DNA from: Candidatus Rariloculaceae bacterium | GTDB lineage: Bacteria; Pseudomonadota; Gammaproteobacteria; Steroidobacterales; Rariloculaceae | NCBI GenBank assembly: GCA_045561055.1 | Contig: JBJKYL010000010.1 | Span: 198,681 to 262,680 of the forward strand | Direction of reading: 5' to 3' | DNA length: 64,000 nucleotides | Shown here: piece after piece, positions 18,557 through 27,669 of the stretch | Numbering within the stretch: the first letter of the stretch is position 1 | Layout: every line of letters starts with the position of its first letter | Notes under the pieces: generated by a model | What the model was told of the DNA's origin: nothing | The model's database searches: none | The model's input: only the letters and a program-made list of their open reading frames with translations | Program-made: the position numbers and the translations under genes

Positions 18557-19486
18557 CTGGACGCACTAAACATTAAGGATCTCCGTAAGGTCTACTCCAA
18601 TGGCCTGGAGGCGCTCAAGGGTATTGATTTAACCGTAGCAGAAGGAGATTTTTTCGCTCTGCTTGGACCGAACGGCGCTGGGAAAACGACCGCTATCGGG
18701 ATAATCACGTCGCTTATCAACAAGAGCAGCGGCCAGATAAACGTATTCGGCCTCGATTTTGATAGTCATCAAGATGCCGCTAAGGCTTGTATTGGCGTTG
18801 TCCCACAGGAGATCAACGTCAACGTTTTTGAGTCCTGCGAGACAATTCTTCTCAACCAAGCTGGCTATTATGGCGTACCTCGCCGGTTAGCGGAGACTCG
18901 TGCGGAAAAATATCTAAAAGCGCTGCGTCTCTGGGATAGGCGTAATGATATCGCTCGGACACTCTCAGGCGGTATGAAGCGCCGTCTCATGATCGCTAGG
19001 GCGCTGGTTCACGAACCCCGCCTGCTTATGCTCGACGAACCGACGGCTGGTGTTGATATAGAAATTCGCCGCTCCATGTGGGATTTGATGCGTGAGATAA
19101 ATGAAGTTGGTATGACGATTATTCTGACAACACACTATCTTGAGGAAGCTGAAAGCCTTTGCCGCAATATTGCTATTATTGATGAGGGTCGAATCATCGA
19201 GAATGATTCAATGACCAACGTTGTGAGCAAATTGCAACGAGAGGTTTTCGTTCTTACATTGACCCAGCCGTTAAGCGAGACACCAAGACTCGATGGTTAT
19301 GAAGTACGATTACGAAATGGTCTAGAGATTGAAGTCGAAGTGACCAATAAGCAAGATTTAAACTCGCTCTTCGCAACATTGTCGAAAAATAACTTACATG
19401 TCGCGAGTATGCGCACCAGAAGTAATAGACTCGAGGAACTCTTCATCGGCCTTGTAACGGACAAGACAAAGGAGAAATCGCCATAG
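18557..19486 (+). CDS. yadG: ABC-2 type transporter ATP-binding protein (YadG-like), apparent non-AUG start
   Basis: The frame is open from 18554. Its translation (DALNIKDLRKVYSNGLEALKGIDLTVAEGDFFALLGPNGAGKTT...LSGGMKRRLMIARAL...) is full-length and colinear with E. coli YadG as I recall it. There is no ATG, GTG or TTG in frame before 18974. CTG 18557 sits 8 nt after an AAGGA. Confidence 0.8.
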   Translation: MDALNIKDLRKVYSNGLEALKGIDLTVAEGDFFALLGPNGAGKTTAIGIITSLINKSSGQINVFGLDFDSHQDAAKACIGVVPQEINVNVFESCETILLNQAGYYGVPRRLAETRAEKYLKALRLWDRRNDIARTLSGGMKRRLMIARALVHEPRLLMLDEPTAGVDIEIRRSMWDLMREINEVGMTIILTTHYLEEAESLCRNIAIIDEGRIIENDSMTNVVSKLQREVFVLTLTQPLSETPRLDGYEVRLRNGLEIEVEVTNKQDLNSLFATLSKNNLHVASMRTRSNRLEELFIGLVTDKTKEKSP

Positions 19487-20319
19487 TGGTTGAAAAAAAA
19501 GCTTTTTTATCTAGTACTGTTACGTTGATTGACCGACCGGAGCAGAATCTGTTCCGCGTGAATGTTGTTGGGTTCTACACCATCGTTCGCCGCGAGATTA
19601 GGCGTGTAGCAAGAATTTGGATACAGACTATCGTGCCGCCAGCGATTACGATGACGCTTTACTTCGTTATCTTCGGTAGTTTGATCGGCGAGAGAATCGG
19701 AAATATGGACGGTGTTCCGTATATGAGCTTCATCGCCCCGGGACTGATTATGATGGCCGTAATTACTAACTCCTTCGGTAACGTCGTTTCATCCTTTTTT
19801 TCCGGGAAGCTCCATCGTCACCTTGAGGAGATGCTAGTTTCTCCGTTGATTTTTCCGACGATAGTAACGGGTTTTGTCATTGGTGGAGTAGTGCGCGGCC
19901 TCTGTGTGGCGGCGTTAGTTACGTTCGTTTCATTAATATTCACGGAGCTTAACGTCGTTCATCCTTTGATCGCGCTTTCCGTTGTCGTGCTGACTTCCAT
20001 GGTTTTCTCTCTGGCGGGGTTACTGAACGCAATCTTCGCAAAGAATTTCGATGACATTTCCATTATCCCGACGTTTGTGCTGACGCCACTCACCTACCTC
20101 GGCGGTGTATTCTTCTCGATTACGTTGTTGTCCGACACTTGGCAAGCTGTCGCGCGGCTTAATCCCATCCTCTACATGGTCAACGCATTTCGTTACGGAA
20201 TGCTTGGCTCGTCTGATATTCCGATTGCGACAGCTTACGCTATCATTTGTATCTCGTTGGTCATTTTGTACACGACTGTTCTAGTGCTGCTTAATCGGGG
20301 TACCGGAATTAGAACCTAA
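19486..20319 (+). CDS. yadH: ABC-2 type transporter permease (YadH-like)
   Basis: The 277-aa ORF has six TM segments and a GTG start overlapping the yadG stop. The ABC-2 membrane domain has a LNPILYMVNAFRYGMLG block. Confidence 0.85.
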   Translation: MVEKKAFLSSTVTLIDRPEQNLFRVNVVGFYTIVRREIRRVARIWIQTIVPPAITMTLYFVIFGSLIGERIGNMDGVPYMSFIAPGLIMMAVITNSFGNVVSSFFSGKLHRHLEEMLVSPLIFPTIVTGFVIGGVVRGLCVAALVTFVSLIFTELNVVHPLIALSVVVLTSMVFSLAGLLNAIFAKNFDDISIIPTFVLTPLTYLGGVFFSITLLSDTWQAVARLNPILYMVNAFRYGMLGSSDIPIATAYAIICISLVILYTTVLVLLNRGTGIRT

Positions 20320-20436
20320 TGTGTCCGGTCGATTTGCAATGCTTACACCGCTGGTGGGGATCAAACACTAGTTCGGGGTTGCTTTAAGTAAGCTTCAGTA
20401 GTTGCAGATTAGGCAGTGAGCCTATCGGTTATTTTT

Positions 20437-21054
20437 TTAGTCGGCGGAGAGAAGAAAACTCTGGCCGCGATAATTAAGTATTACGCCTTCCTCAGTTATG
20501 GTTTCGATTCTCGGGCCATCGCGTAATATTTCTCCCTCGCGATAACTTGCCGAATTAATGCGGACGAACCGATCTGTCGGAGTGCCGCTATACACGTGTA
20601 ATTCTAGTGCGAGGGGCGGGACTATTAGACCATCCGCGATAGCTTCCATTATTGTTGGTGGTCCGACAAGCATAGTCGGAGCCTCTACTTCTGGTTCAGC
20701 CTGCACAGGAGTAGTCTCAGTCGGTTGCTGAGTACGTGTCGCGGTCGCGGTGTTTGCCGTTGGTTCACGAGCGAGATTTCTAACTGCGCCGGACTGCAGC
20801 ATAGGTGAGACGGTGGGAGTTGGCTGTATTTGTTCGCGAGAACTAGTCGCCGCAACGTCGGGATCGCTAGCTCTATCATGCCACCAGTCCCAGACGAGAA
20901 AAAAAACGCTTGTGGAAAGTATTGCAATGACCGCTACTACCCAGGCTGGAGTTTTCCGGTTATGAATGACCGCCGGCACGTCACTAATACTTGGAGCGGT
21001 GCTTTGCTGACGTTCTTTTTCCGATTTTCTCAGTGCGTCTAGGATAAAAGACAT
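20437..21054 (-). CDS. GspB/ExeB-like type II secretion accessory protein
   Basis: It has the N-terminus MSFILDALRKSEKERQ, one TM segment and a Pro/Thr-rich linker. The C-terminal block VRINSASYREGEILRDG...ILNYRGQSFLL is typical of GspB. It lies immediately downstream of exeA/gspA. Confidence 0.6.
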   Translation of the reverse strand: MSFILDALRKSEKERQQSTAPSISDVPAVIHNRKTPAWVVAVIAILSTSVFFLVWDWWHDRASDPDVAATSSREQIQPTPTVSPMLQSGAVRNLAREPTANTATATRTQQPTETTPVQAEPEVEAPTMLVGPPTIMEAIADGLIVPPLALELHVYSGTPTDRFVRINSASYREGEILRDGPRIETITEEGVILNYRGQSFLLSAD

Positions 21055-22659
21055 TTACTGTCTCCTAAAGAGCAGGGGAGTACCGCTAATTGAAAGATCC
21101 GAGTTTATTAGGATCTGTGTTTTGGTGCCGACGATCCCATCAACTATCAGGCGGCGTTCGCGTTGATAATCACGTACGTGGTTGGCGAGTGCGTCGTCGT
21201 AGAATTCTGACTCCGAATCGATCAATGGTATGTTGCCGATTAAGGCGAGACTCTCTCGCAGCCAGCGCACGCTATCGTCCTGCATTCCAGGTACTAAAGT
21301 TTGTTCCGCCCATGCGCCCGGCCGCCAGAGAAGGAGATGATCGCCGAACCAGAATTGGGAAAGATCTTTCAGGCTGACCGAAAACGTTCGCGTTCCGATC
21401 GTGAGTTGTCCAACATCATCATCGAGTGCCGTCAGCACCACTTGGTGTTGACGGCCGTGTTCATCTATGAGGCCAAGAATCGCCGGTCGGTTTAGATGTC
21501 TTAGGTTATTAATAGAACCCTTCTGGAACCAGCAGCGCAACTGTTGTCGCTCCGCCTGCTGGCAAGCCGTTTCGGTTCCACGAAGATATTGTGCTCCCCA
21601 AAGAGAGAACAAAGTTTCGAAGGCAGCATCCGTTCCTCTAGGAAGAGATCGGTCCGCTAACGCAGTTGCGAGTATCCCGTTAGAACTCCCGTTCGGTGTT
21701 ACGCGGTCGAGTATGAAATTTGGTACTTGACCAAGTTGCACGGATAGCCAGTTGCCATTAGGGTTCAAAGCGAGCCAAGTTCCGATGACTAGGAGAGTGA
21801 ATCCTACGAGTGCGCTTGCTGCAGCGAGACGGCGCTCGACGCGAGGTACAAGACGCTTGCCATAAACTTCGGTTGCGGCCTTCTTTACGAGCGATTTATC
21901 GACGTCCCTCATATCTTTCGTATACGCCGCTAACAAAGCCCTATCAGCAATCACGTTAATAATTCTTGGCACACCGTCCGACCAACGGAAGACTTCTCTG
22001 ATAGCTGATTTAGAGAAGGTTGCGCTGGCGGCGCCTGCTACCTTCATACGATGCTCGAGATATATTGCAGTTTCGCCCTGATTTAGCGGCTCGAGGTGAT
22101 AGCGTCCAGTCACGCGTTGAGCGAGCTGTCGCATATCCTCGCGGCTGAGGATTTCGCGTAGCTCCGGTTGGCCGATTAGAATGATTTGTAGCAGTTTTTG
22201 CTTAGGCGTCTCAAGATTTGTAAGTAAACGTACTTGTTCAAGAACGTCGGTGGCGAGATTCTGGGCCTCGTCGACAATCAAGACCGTGCGCCTACCTCTA
22301 GCGTGCGCGTCAAGAAGGTGGGCACTCAAGTTATCGACGAGCGATTTAATTGAGTCGTCGTTAGGTAGCTCAACTCCGAGTTCCTCAGAGATTGCAGCTA
22401 GAAACTCGCGGGTTGTGAGTTCCGGATTAAGGATCAGTGCGACGTCAGCTTCGTCGGGGAGTTGCTCAAGCAGACTTCGAACTAGCGTCGTTTTACCAGT
22501 ACCCACTTCGCCGGTTAATTGTATAAAACCGCCGCTTTGAGAGATACCGTAAAGAAGATGAGCTAGAGCATCCGCGTGACGCCGACTCAGATAGAGATAG
22601 CGTGGATCCGGAGTAATCGAAAAAGGTTTTTCTGTTAACCCGAAGAATTGGGCATACAC
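21055..22659 (-). CDS. ExeA/GspA-like AAA ATPase with C-terminal peptidoglycan-binding domain
   Basis: The ORF is 534 aa. It has the N-terminal FFGLTEKPFSITPDPRYLY block, Walker A GEVGTGKTT, Walker B LIVDEAQ and one TM segment. The C-terminus is PG_binding_1-like (VRDYQRERRLIVDGIVGTKT). Confidence 0.85.
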   Translation of the reverse strand: MYAQFFGLTEKPFSITPDPRYLYLSRRHADALAHLLYGISQSGGFIQLTGEVGTGKTTLVRSLLEQLPDEADVALILNPELTTREFLAAISEELGVELPNDDSIKSLVDNLSAHLLDAHARGRRTVLIVDEAQNLATDVLEQVRLLTNLETPKQKLLQIILIGQPELREILSREDMRQLAQRVTGRYHLEPLNQGETAIYLEHRMKVAGAASATFSKSAIREVFRWSDGVPRIINVIADRALLAAYTKDMRDVDKSLVKKAATEVYGKRLVPRVERRLAAASALVGFTLLVIGTWLALNPNGNWLSVQLGQVPNFILDRVTPNGSSNGILATALADRSLPRGTDAAFETLFSLWGAQYLRGTETACQQAERQQLRCWFQKGSINNLRHLNRPAILGLIDEHGRQHQVVLTALDDDVGQLTIGTRTFSVSLKDLSQFWFGDHLLLWRPGAWAEQTLVPGMQDDSVRWLRESLALIGNIPLIDSESEFYDDALANHVRDYQRERRLIVDGIVGTKTQILINSDLSISGTPLLFRRQ

Positions 22660-22729
22660 GCCTAACTCCTAGCAACCGCTACCCGATAACCTGTACTGCT
22701 ACCACGCTATAACAGAACACAAAGTTTTT

Positions 22730-23218
22730 TCATTCAATAACCTGGATTGTTACTGGCTCCGATACCAACGGTGGGTCGTGGGGGATATGCAGCATATCGC
22801 CTAATACAAGCCGCAAGACATGCTCACCGGGTTCTAGTTCTATTGTCGCCTCGGTCTGCCCAAGCCCGAAGTGAATATTCTGAGCATCTGCCGGAATGGG
22901 GAATCCCATATTCGAGAGTTCGGTATCTACAAGCAGGTGATGGTGGCCGGTATCCGGAAAATCGATTAAGGCTGGCGCAACTCCAATACCTTTAAGGCCG
23001 AAAATTACGGTTACCGGACTTTGAACCTCATCGCCCTCGGTGGGCGAGATAATGTAGACCATAGCTCCGGGCGGAGAAGGGGTTCGAGCAATGCCTGGTG
23101 GTGCGGTAGTAGCCGGTGGCGCTGTCGCAGGTGTTTCCGAAGCGGGGTCACCGCCGTTTTGGCCACAGCCAAAAAGAGATAGACAAAAGGCTAAAATAAT
23201 TAACACACGAGTAGGCAT
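22730..23218 (-). CDS. DUF4399-like lipoprotein
   Basis: It has the lipobox LFGC. It also has the blocks TGHHHLLVD, HFGLGQTE and PGEHVLRLVLGD..H, which I associate with DUF4399. Confidence 0.6.
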   Translation of the reverse strand: MPTRVLIILAFCLSLFGCGQNGGDPASETPATAPPATTAPPGIARTPSPPGAMVYIISPTEGDEVQSPVTVIFGLKGIGVAPALIDFPDTGHHHLLVDTELSNMGFPIPADAQNIHFGLGQTEATIELEPGEHVLRLVLGDMLHIPHDPPLVSEPVTIQVIE

Positions 23219-23357
23219 GGGTCCCTCCGCTACAGGTAAGGCTGATCTGAACTGTTAATGTAGCACAGCCATCGCCTCAGGGGCTGTAACGGGATAATAT
23301 CTATTGAGTTAGCCAGGCGATTAAGGGCTTTTCTTCATGTTGCGGTGGGGAGTTTGT

Positions 23358-25820
23358 TTAGTTTTTTGCGGGCCGTTTCGTAGAGGCTCTTTTATCTTCC
23401 GTTGCTGTATGCTGAAGCAGTTCTTCTGGAGTGAAGTCATCTACGGCGATTAGCGCCATGACTTGTTCGCTAAATACAGTTATCTGCTTTGCTTCGGTAG
23501 CGGTGATAATATTTTTCTTTTGCGCTTCTTCGGTCTGCCCGTGCGTATCGTCAGCAGTGATTTCACCTCGCCGTTTGGCGTCAAACACCTTACGCTCTAG
23601 CGGCTTCACCTCTTCGGCTAGTTCCAATGCTTCCTGCAGCCTGCCGAGCGCGTTACTTTTGTATATATCTGCGCAAAGTCGTTCGCGTGATGGCGTGGGA
23701 TTAATAATGAGGTCAACGACCTCTTGCCCGAGTTCATCGGACGGTGATGAAAAGGTCCTACCGCGCGGGAAAATGAGGAGTCTAAGGGTCGCCGCAATCC
23801 AGCGATTAGGAAAGTTTCTTAGAAAGCTATGGAATTGTTCCTGGGTCCTGTAGAGCAGCATACGACAGGACCACTCGACAAGCGGGCGGTCCGCTTCCGG
23901 TGCTCCCTGATCTTCATAATGCTTCAAGATCATAGATACGAGATATAAATAGCTCAAAACGTCGCCTAACCGAGCGGAAAGTAATTCTTTGCGTTTGAGC
24001 TCTCCACCGAGGACTAGCATCGCGATGTCGGTAGTGAGCGCGAATGACGCGCTGTATCGATTCACGCGCTGGTAGTAGCGAGCGATCCAGCCACGCGCCG
24101 ACACCTTGGAAAATCGAGACAATGTCAGGCCCATCACGAGTGAACGCACGGCGTTCGATATTGTGTAACCAATGTGTTTGAACAGCAGTTGGTCGAAGTC
24201 TATGAGGCCGCGTTCGGGATCTACGTTGCGAGCAGCCTCTAGCTCGGCCAATACGAATGGGTGGCAGCGAATTGCGCCCTGACCGAAGATAATTAGGCTA
24301 CGTGTCAGAATATTAGCGCCCTCGACGGTAATGCCAACCGGAAGTGATTCGTAGCGGCGAGCGAGATAGTTGCTCGGTCCTAGCATGATGCCTCTACCGC
24401 CGTGCACGTCCATGGCGTCGTTAGTGACGTGCCGCCCGAATTCCGTATTGTGATATTTGAGGATCGCGGTCGGCACTGCCGGCTTCTCGCCGACATTCAA
24501 TGCGGAACAGGTTACGCGAGACGCCGCTGCCATGGTGTATGTGTAGCCGGCCATTCTTGCTAGGGCTTCGCCGACACCCTCGAATTTGCCAATCGGATGA
24601 TTGAATTGATGGCGAAGTTGCGCGTAAGCGCCAGTCGCGAAGACAGAGGCTTTCGCTCCGCCTAACGCGGTTGCCGGAAGCACAACACCGCGTCCAACCG
24701 ACAGAAGCTCGACTAGCATGCGCCAGCCCTGGCCTGCCATTTTGGGTCCCCCGATGATTGAATCGAGCGGGACGAACACATCCTTACCCTGCGTTGGCCC
24801 GTTCTGGAACGGGTTACCTATCGGCAGATGACGACGGCCGATCGTAATGCCCGGCAGATCGGTAGGGATCAATGCTGCCGTGATGCCGTACTTATCGCGA
24901 TCTCCGAGCAGATGGTCAGGATCATAGAGTTTGAACGCCAATCCCAGTACGGTTGCAATGGGCGCTAGCGTGATGTAGCGCTTGTCCCAGTTCAGGCGAA
25001 CGCCTGTGATTTGCTTGCCGTTGTAGGTGCCCTTGCAAACAATTCCGGAGTCGACGATGGCTGTGGCATCCGAACCGGCGTGGGGTGAGGTTAAGGCAAA
25101 GCAGGGGATTTCCTCGGCTAGTGCCAACCTTGGGAGCCAGTGCTGCTTCTGTTCCTCGGTTCCGTAGTGGAGCAGAAGTTCGGCCGGACCCAAAGAATTT
25201 GGCACGGCGACGGTGGATGATGCTTCGCCATCGTGAGACGAGATTTTCGCTATGACGACGGAGATGGCTAACGGCGAGAATCCCAGGCCGCCATATTTTT
25301 TCGGAATAATCATCGCGAAGAAGCGCTTTTTCTTTATAAACGCCCAGACTTCTTCCGATAGATCGAGTCGCCTATGGGGTATATCCCAGGTGTCAAGTAG
25401 CCGGCACAATTCCTCTGTCGGTCCGTCAAGAAACGCCTTTTCCTCGTCGGTAAGTTTCGGTGTCGGAAGGTCAGTTAACTTGCTCCAGTCGGGCATGCCA
25501 GAGAACAATTCGCCCTCCCACCATACATTGCCGGCTTCGAGTGCATCGCGTTCCGTTTGCGACAACGACGGCGACATCGTACGGTAGATGTTAAGTAGCG
25601 GAAGTGTTAGATGTTTGCGGCGGAGCGTCTCAATATTGAGCGCCGCCATACCAGCGAATAGCAGCCACAAAATAATCATACAAAAGATGCTGCTACCGAC
25701 TGTTGTATAAGCAATCGCTAGTATGCCGACGACGGCGGTAGAAATTTTTAGATCTATGCGACTATAAGCCAGTGCCAGGCAGGTGCCGAGTGAAACAATT
25801 AGCCCGAAAAGAGTCGCCAT
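23358..25820 (-). CDS. fadE: large membrane-anchored acyl-CoA dehydrogenase FadE
   Basis: The 820-aa ORF has two N-terminal TM segments followed by WWEGELFSGMPDW and an acyl-CoA dehydrogenase core, with FadE-type length and architecture. Confidence 0.9.
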   Translation of the reverse strand: MATLFGLIVSLGTCLALAYSRIDLKISTAVVGILAIAYTTVGSSIFCMIILWLLFAGMAALNIETLRRKHLTLPLLNIYRTMSPSLSQTERDALEAGNVWWEGELFSGMPDWSKLTDLPTPKLTDEEKAFLDGPTEELCRLLDTWDIPHRRLDLSEEVWAFIKKKRFFAMIIPKKYGGLGFSPLAISVVIAKISSHDGEASSTVAVPNSLGPAELLLHYGTEEQKQHWLPRLALAEEIPCFALTSPHAGSDATAIVDSGIVCKGTYNGKQITGVRLNWDKRYITLAPIATVLGLAFKLYDPDHLLGDRDKYGITAALIPTDLPGITIGRRHLPIGNPFQNGPTQGKDVFVPLDSIIGGPKMAGQGWRMLVELLSVGRGVVLPATALGGAKASVFATGAYAQLRHQFNHPIGKFEGVGEALARMAGYTYTMAAASRVTCSALNVGEKPAVPTAILKYHNTEFGRHVTNDAMDVHGGRGIMLGPSNYLARRYESLPVGITVEGANILTRSLIIFGQGAIRCHPFVLAELEAARNVDPERGLIDFDQLLFKHIGYTISNAVRSLVMGLTLSRFSKVSARGWIARYYQRVNRYSASFALTTDIAMLVLGGELKRKELLSARLGDVLSYLYLVSMILKHYEDQGAPEADRPLVEWSCRMLLYRTQEQFHSFLRNFPNRWIAATLRLLIFPRGRTFSSPSDELGQEVVDLIINPTPSRERLCADIYKSNALGRLQEALELAEEVKPLERKVFDAKRRGEITADDTHGQTEEAQKKNIITATEAKQITVFSEQVMALIAVDDFTPEELLQHTATEDKRASTKRPAKN

Positions 25821-25851
25821 GTCTTCCTTTATTTAACTTTTATACAGGAAC

Positions 25852-26841
25852 CTAGAGTAACTCCGTTACGTTCGCTCGTTCCTCACGGAGCTCATGGTCC
25901 GTAACCTCTATTTTACTGCGGCTGAATTCATTAACGTCCAGGCCTTGAACGATTTCGTAATTTCCATTGCTACAGGTCACGGGGTAGGAATACACGACTC
26001 CTTCCTCAATGTCGTAGCTGCCGTCGGAAGCTACTCCCATACTGACCCAGTCATCCCCGGGCGTGCCGAGCGTCCAGTCCCGCACATGGTCGATTGCAGC
26101 GGATGCTGCTGATGCTGCAGACGACGCTCCACGTGCCTTAATAATTGCCGTGCCACGGTTCTGGACGGTGGGAATAAAATCCTCGCGATACCAGTCGTCG
26201 GGGACTTGCATAGTCGCCGATTCGCCGCGGACAGTAGCATGAGAAATATCCGGGTATTGCGTTGCCGAGTGATTTCCCCAAATGATCATGCGTTTAACCT
26301 CTGACACATGCGCGTGAGTCTTAGTGGCCAGCTGTGCCTTGGCGCGATTGTGGTCCAATCGCGTCATAGCCGTGAAGTTTCGCGGGTCAAGATCGGGGGC
26401 GTTTTCTCGTGCAATGAGAGCATTTGTGTTTGCCGGGTTACCAACCACGAGGATTTTGGCATCCCTCGCCGCAACTTTGTTAAGAGCCTTCCCCTGCGCC
26501 GAGAATATCCGCGCGTTGCCTAGCAGTAGATCTTTGCGCTCCATATCTGCTGTTCGGGGTTTCGCGCCGACTAGCAGAGCATACTGAATATCTCGAAAAC
26601 CCACCTCTGCCTGATCGGTCACGATTACGTCGTCGAGGGTATTAAATGCGCAGTCATCTAACTCCATCGCAACACCGTTCAAAGCATTCATTGCGGGTGT
26701 AATTTCCAGTAGTTGCAGAATTACTTGCTGTTGTGGACCGAACAGCTGTCCGGAGGCAATTCTAAAAGCTAGTTGATAGCCGATTTGGCCAGCTGCACCG
26801 GTAATTGCAACACGGACTGGCACGGTTGTTTCTGTTGTCAT
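25852..26841 (-). CDS. mdh: malate dehydrogenase (329-aa long type)
   Basis: It has [12 protein letters not shown] (Rossmann), VGNPANTN and TRLDHNRA blocks, with the catalytic WGNHS context. Confidence 0.95.
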   Translation of the reverse strand: MTTETTVPVRVAITGAAGQIGYQLAFRIASGQLFGPQQQVILQLLEITPAMNALNGVAMELDDCAFNTLDDVIVTDQAEVGFRDIQYALLVGAKPRTADMERKDLLLGNARIFSAQGKALNKVAARDAKILVVGNPANTNALIARENAPDLDPRNFTAMTRLDHNRAKAQLATKTHAHVSEVKRMIIWGNHSATQYPDISHATVRGESATMQVPDDWYREDFIPTVQNRGTAIIKARGASSAASAASAAIDHVRDWTLGTPGDDWVSMGVASDGSYDIEEGVVYSYPVTCSNGNYEIVQGLDVNEFSRSKIEVTDHELREERANVTELL

Positions 26842-27102
26842 ATGAATCTAACACCCATGTATGAAGGATTATCTGTTGAGAGAGGGCGCAGATTCTAGCA
26901 CGCTATCGAGTTGTCTCCAGGCTAGAGACTAAGCACTATCCGGAGGTCTGCAGGCAACTCGTAGACCGGCTAAATTTCTACGAAAGCATTCGTTCCTTCG
27001 CTCGCAGCGCCTTCGTTACCATTTGCTAGGATCGTCGCGATGTACTCGAGCCAGGCTGCGGCCTCTTCCCAGTCTATTTGAGGACCTAAAAGACTAGCAG
27101 GA

Positions 27103-27471
27103 CTAGTTACCCGTATCCGTCGAAGTCGGCTCGGGGTCTGGGTTCGCTGCCCTATATGTTTGGACTTGCTCGTTAAACGATGCGGCAACCGCTTCCATTT
27201 CGGCGACCGCCGCATTGTGTCGAGAAAACAGGATCGCTTTGTATTCCGTGGGGGCGTCGTCACCAGCGGCATCTAGTTCTTCAGAAACGCACTCGAGATA
27301 AGACTCCATCCCGGCTATATAGATTCTGACACCAGATTGCGCAGTAATTAATTCCGACATCGTTGAGGTTTGGCCATCTGGAATAGCAACTAACGGAGGA
27401 TAGTCACATGCGAGGCTAGCCGCGGCCCCGCTGCCGGCTAACAATATAACCAATAACCTTATTGTAATCAT
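27103..27471 (-). CDS. hypothetical exported protein (two Cys)
   Basis: The ORF is 122 aa with a signal peptide (ILLAGSGAAASLA|CDY), a helical acidic body and a Pro/Thr-rich tail. I recognised no family. Confidence 0.45.
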   Translation of the reverse strand: MITIRLLVILLAGSGAAASLACDYPPLVAIPDGQTSTMSELITAQSGVRIYIAGMESYLECVSEELDAAGDDAPTEYKAILFSRHNAAVAEMEAVAASFNEQVQTYRAANPDPEPTSTDTGN

Positions 27472-27669
27472 GATGTTATCCAGACTGCTGTTGGGTTGTT
27501 ATGCGCGCAACTATACCCTAGCGGCTGTAGCGATTCCACGGTGAGACTCTGTCGAATGATATTTATCGGTCACAATGTTCAGCATATGCCTTCGGCTTAT
27601 AATGGGCTCTCGCTTGGTGGCGGATTCTAGATAAACGACTATCCGCTGTCACCGCTTAATAGGACAAAT

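Noticed and set aside
18543-18582. 9-nt direct repeat TAAGGATCT flanking the putative yadG start, as possible target-site duplication
   Set aside because: The repeats are only 31 nt apart with no element between them. The second copy is coding sequence for conserved residues (IKDL). This is probably coincidence.
18629-18859. 76-aa minus-strand ORF in the apparently gene-free region before 18974
   Set aside because: It lies antisense to the clearly homologous N-terminal half of the YadG-type ATPase (Walker A and Q-loop are read on the plus strand).
26970-27272. 100-aa minus-strand ORF overlapping the 122-aa exported protein gene
   Set aside because: It overlaps 27103-27471 in another frame and is Arg/Ser/Thr/Pro-rich, typical of an off-frame translation. 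It has no start context.
27600-27669. Imperfect hairpin GGTG-GCGGAT...ATCCGC-TGT-CACC just upstream of the gshA start
   Set aside because: The stem is short and bulged with no known gshA leader element. It is insufficient to call a regulatory structure.
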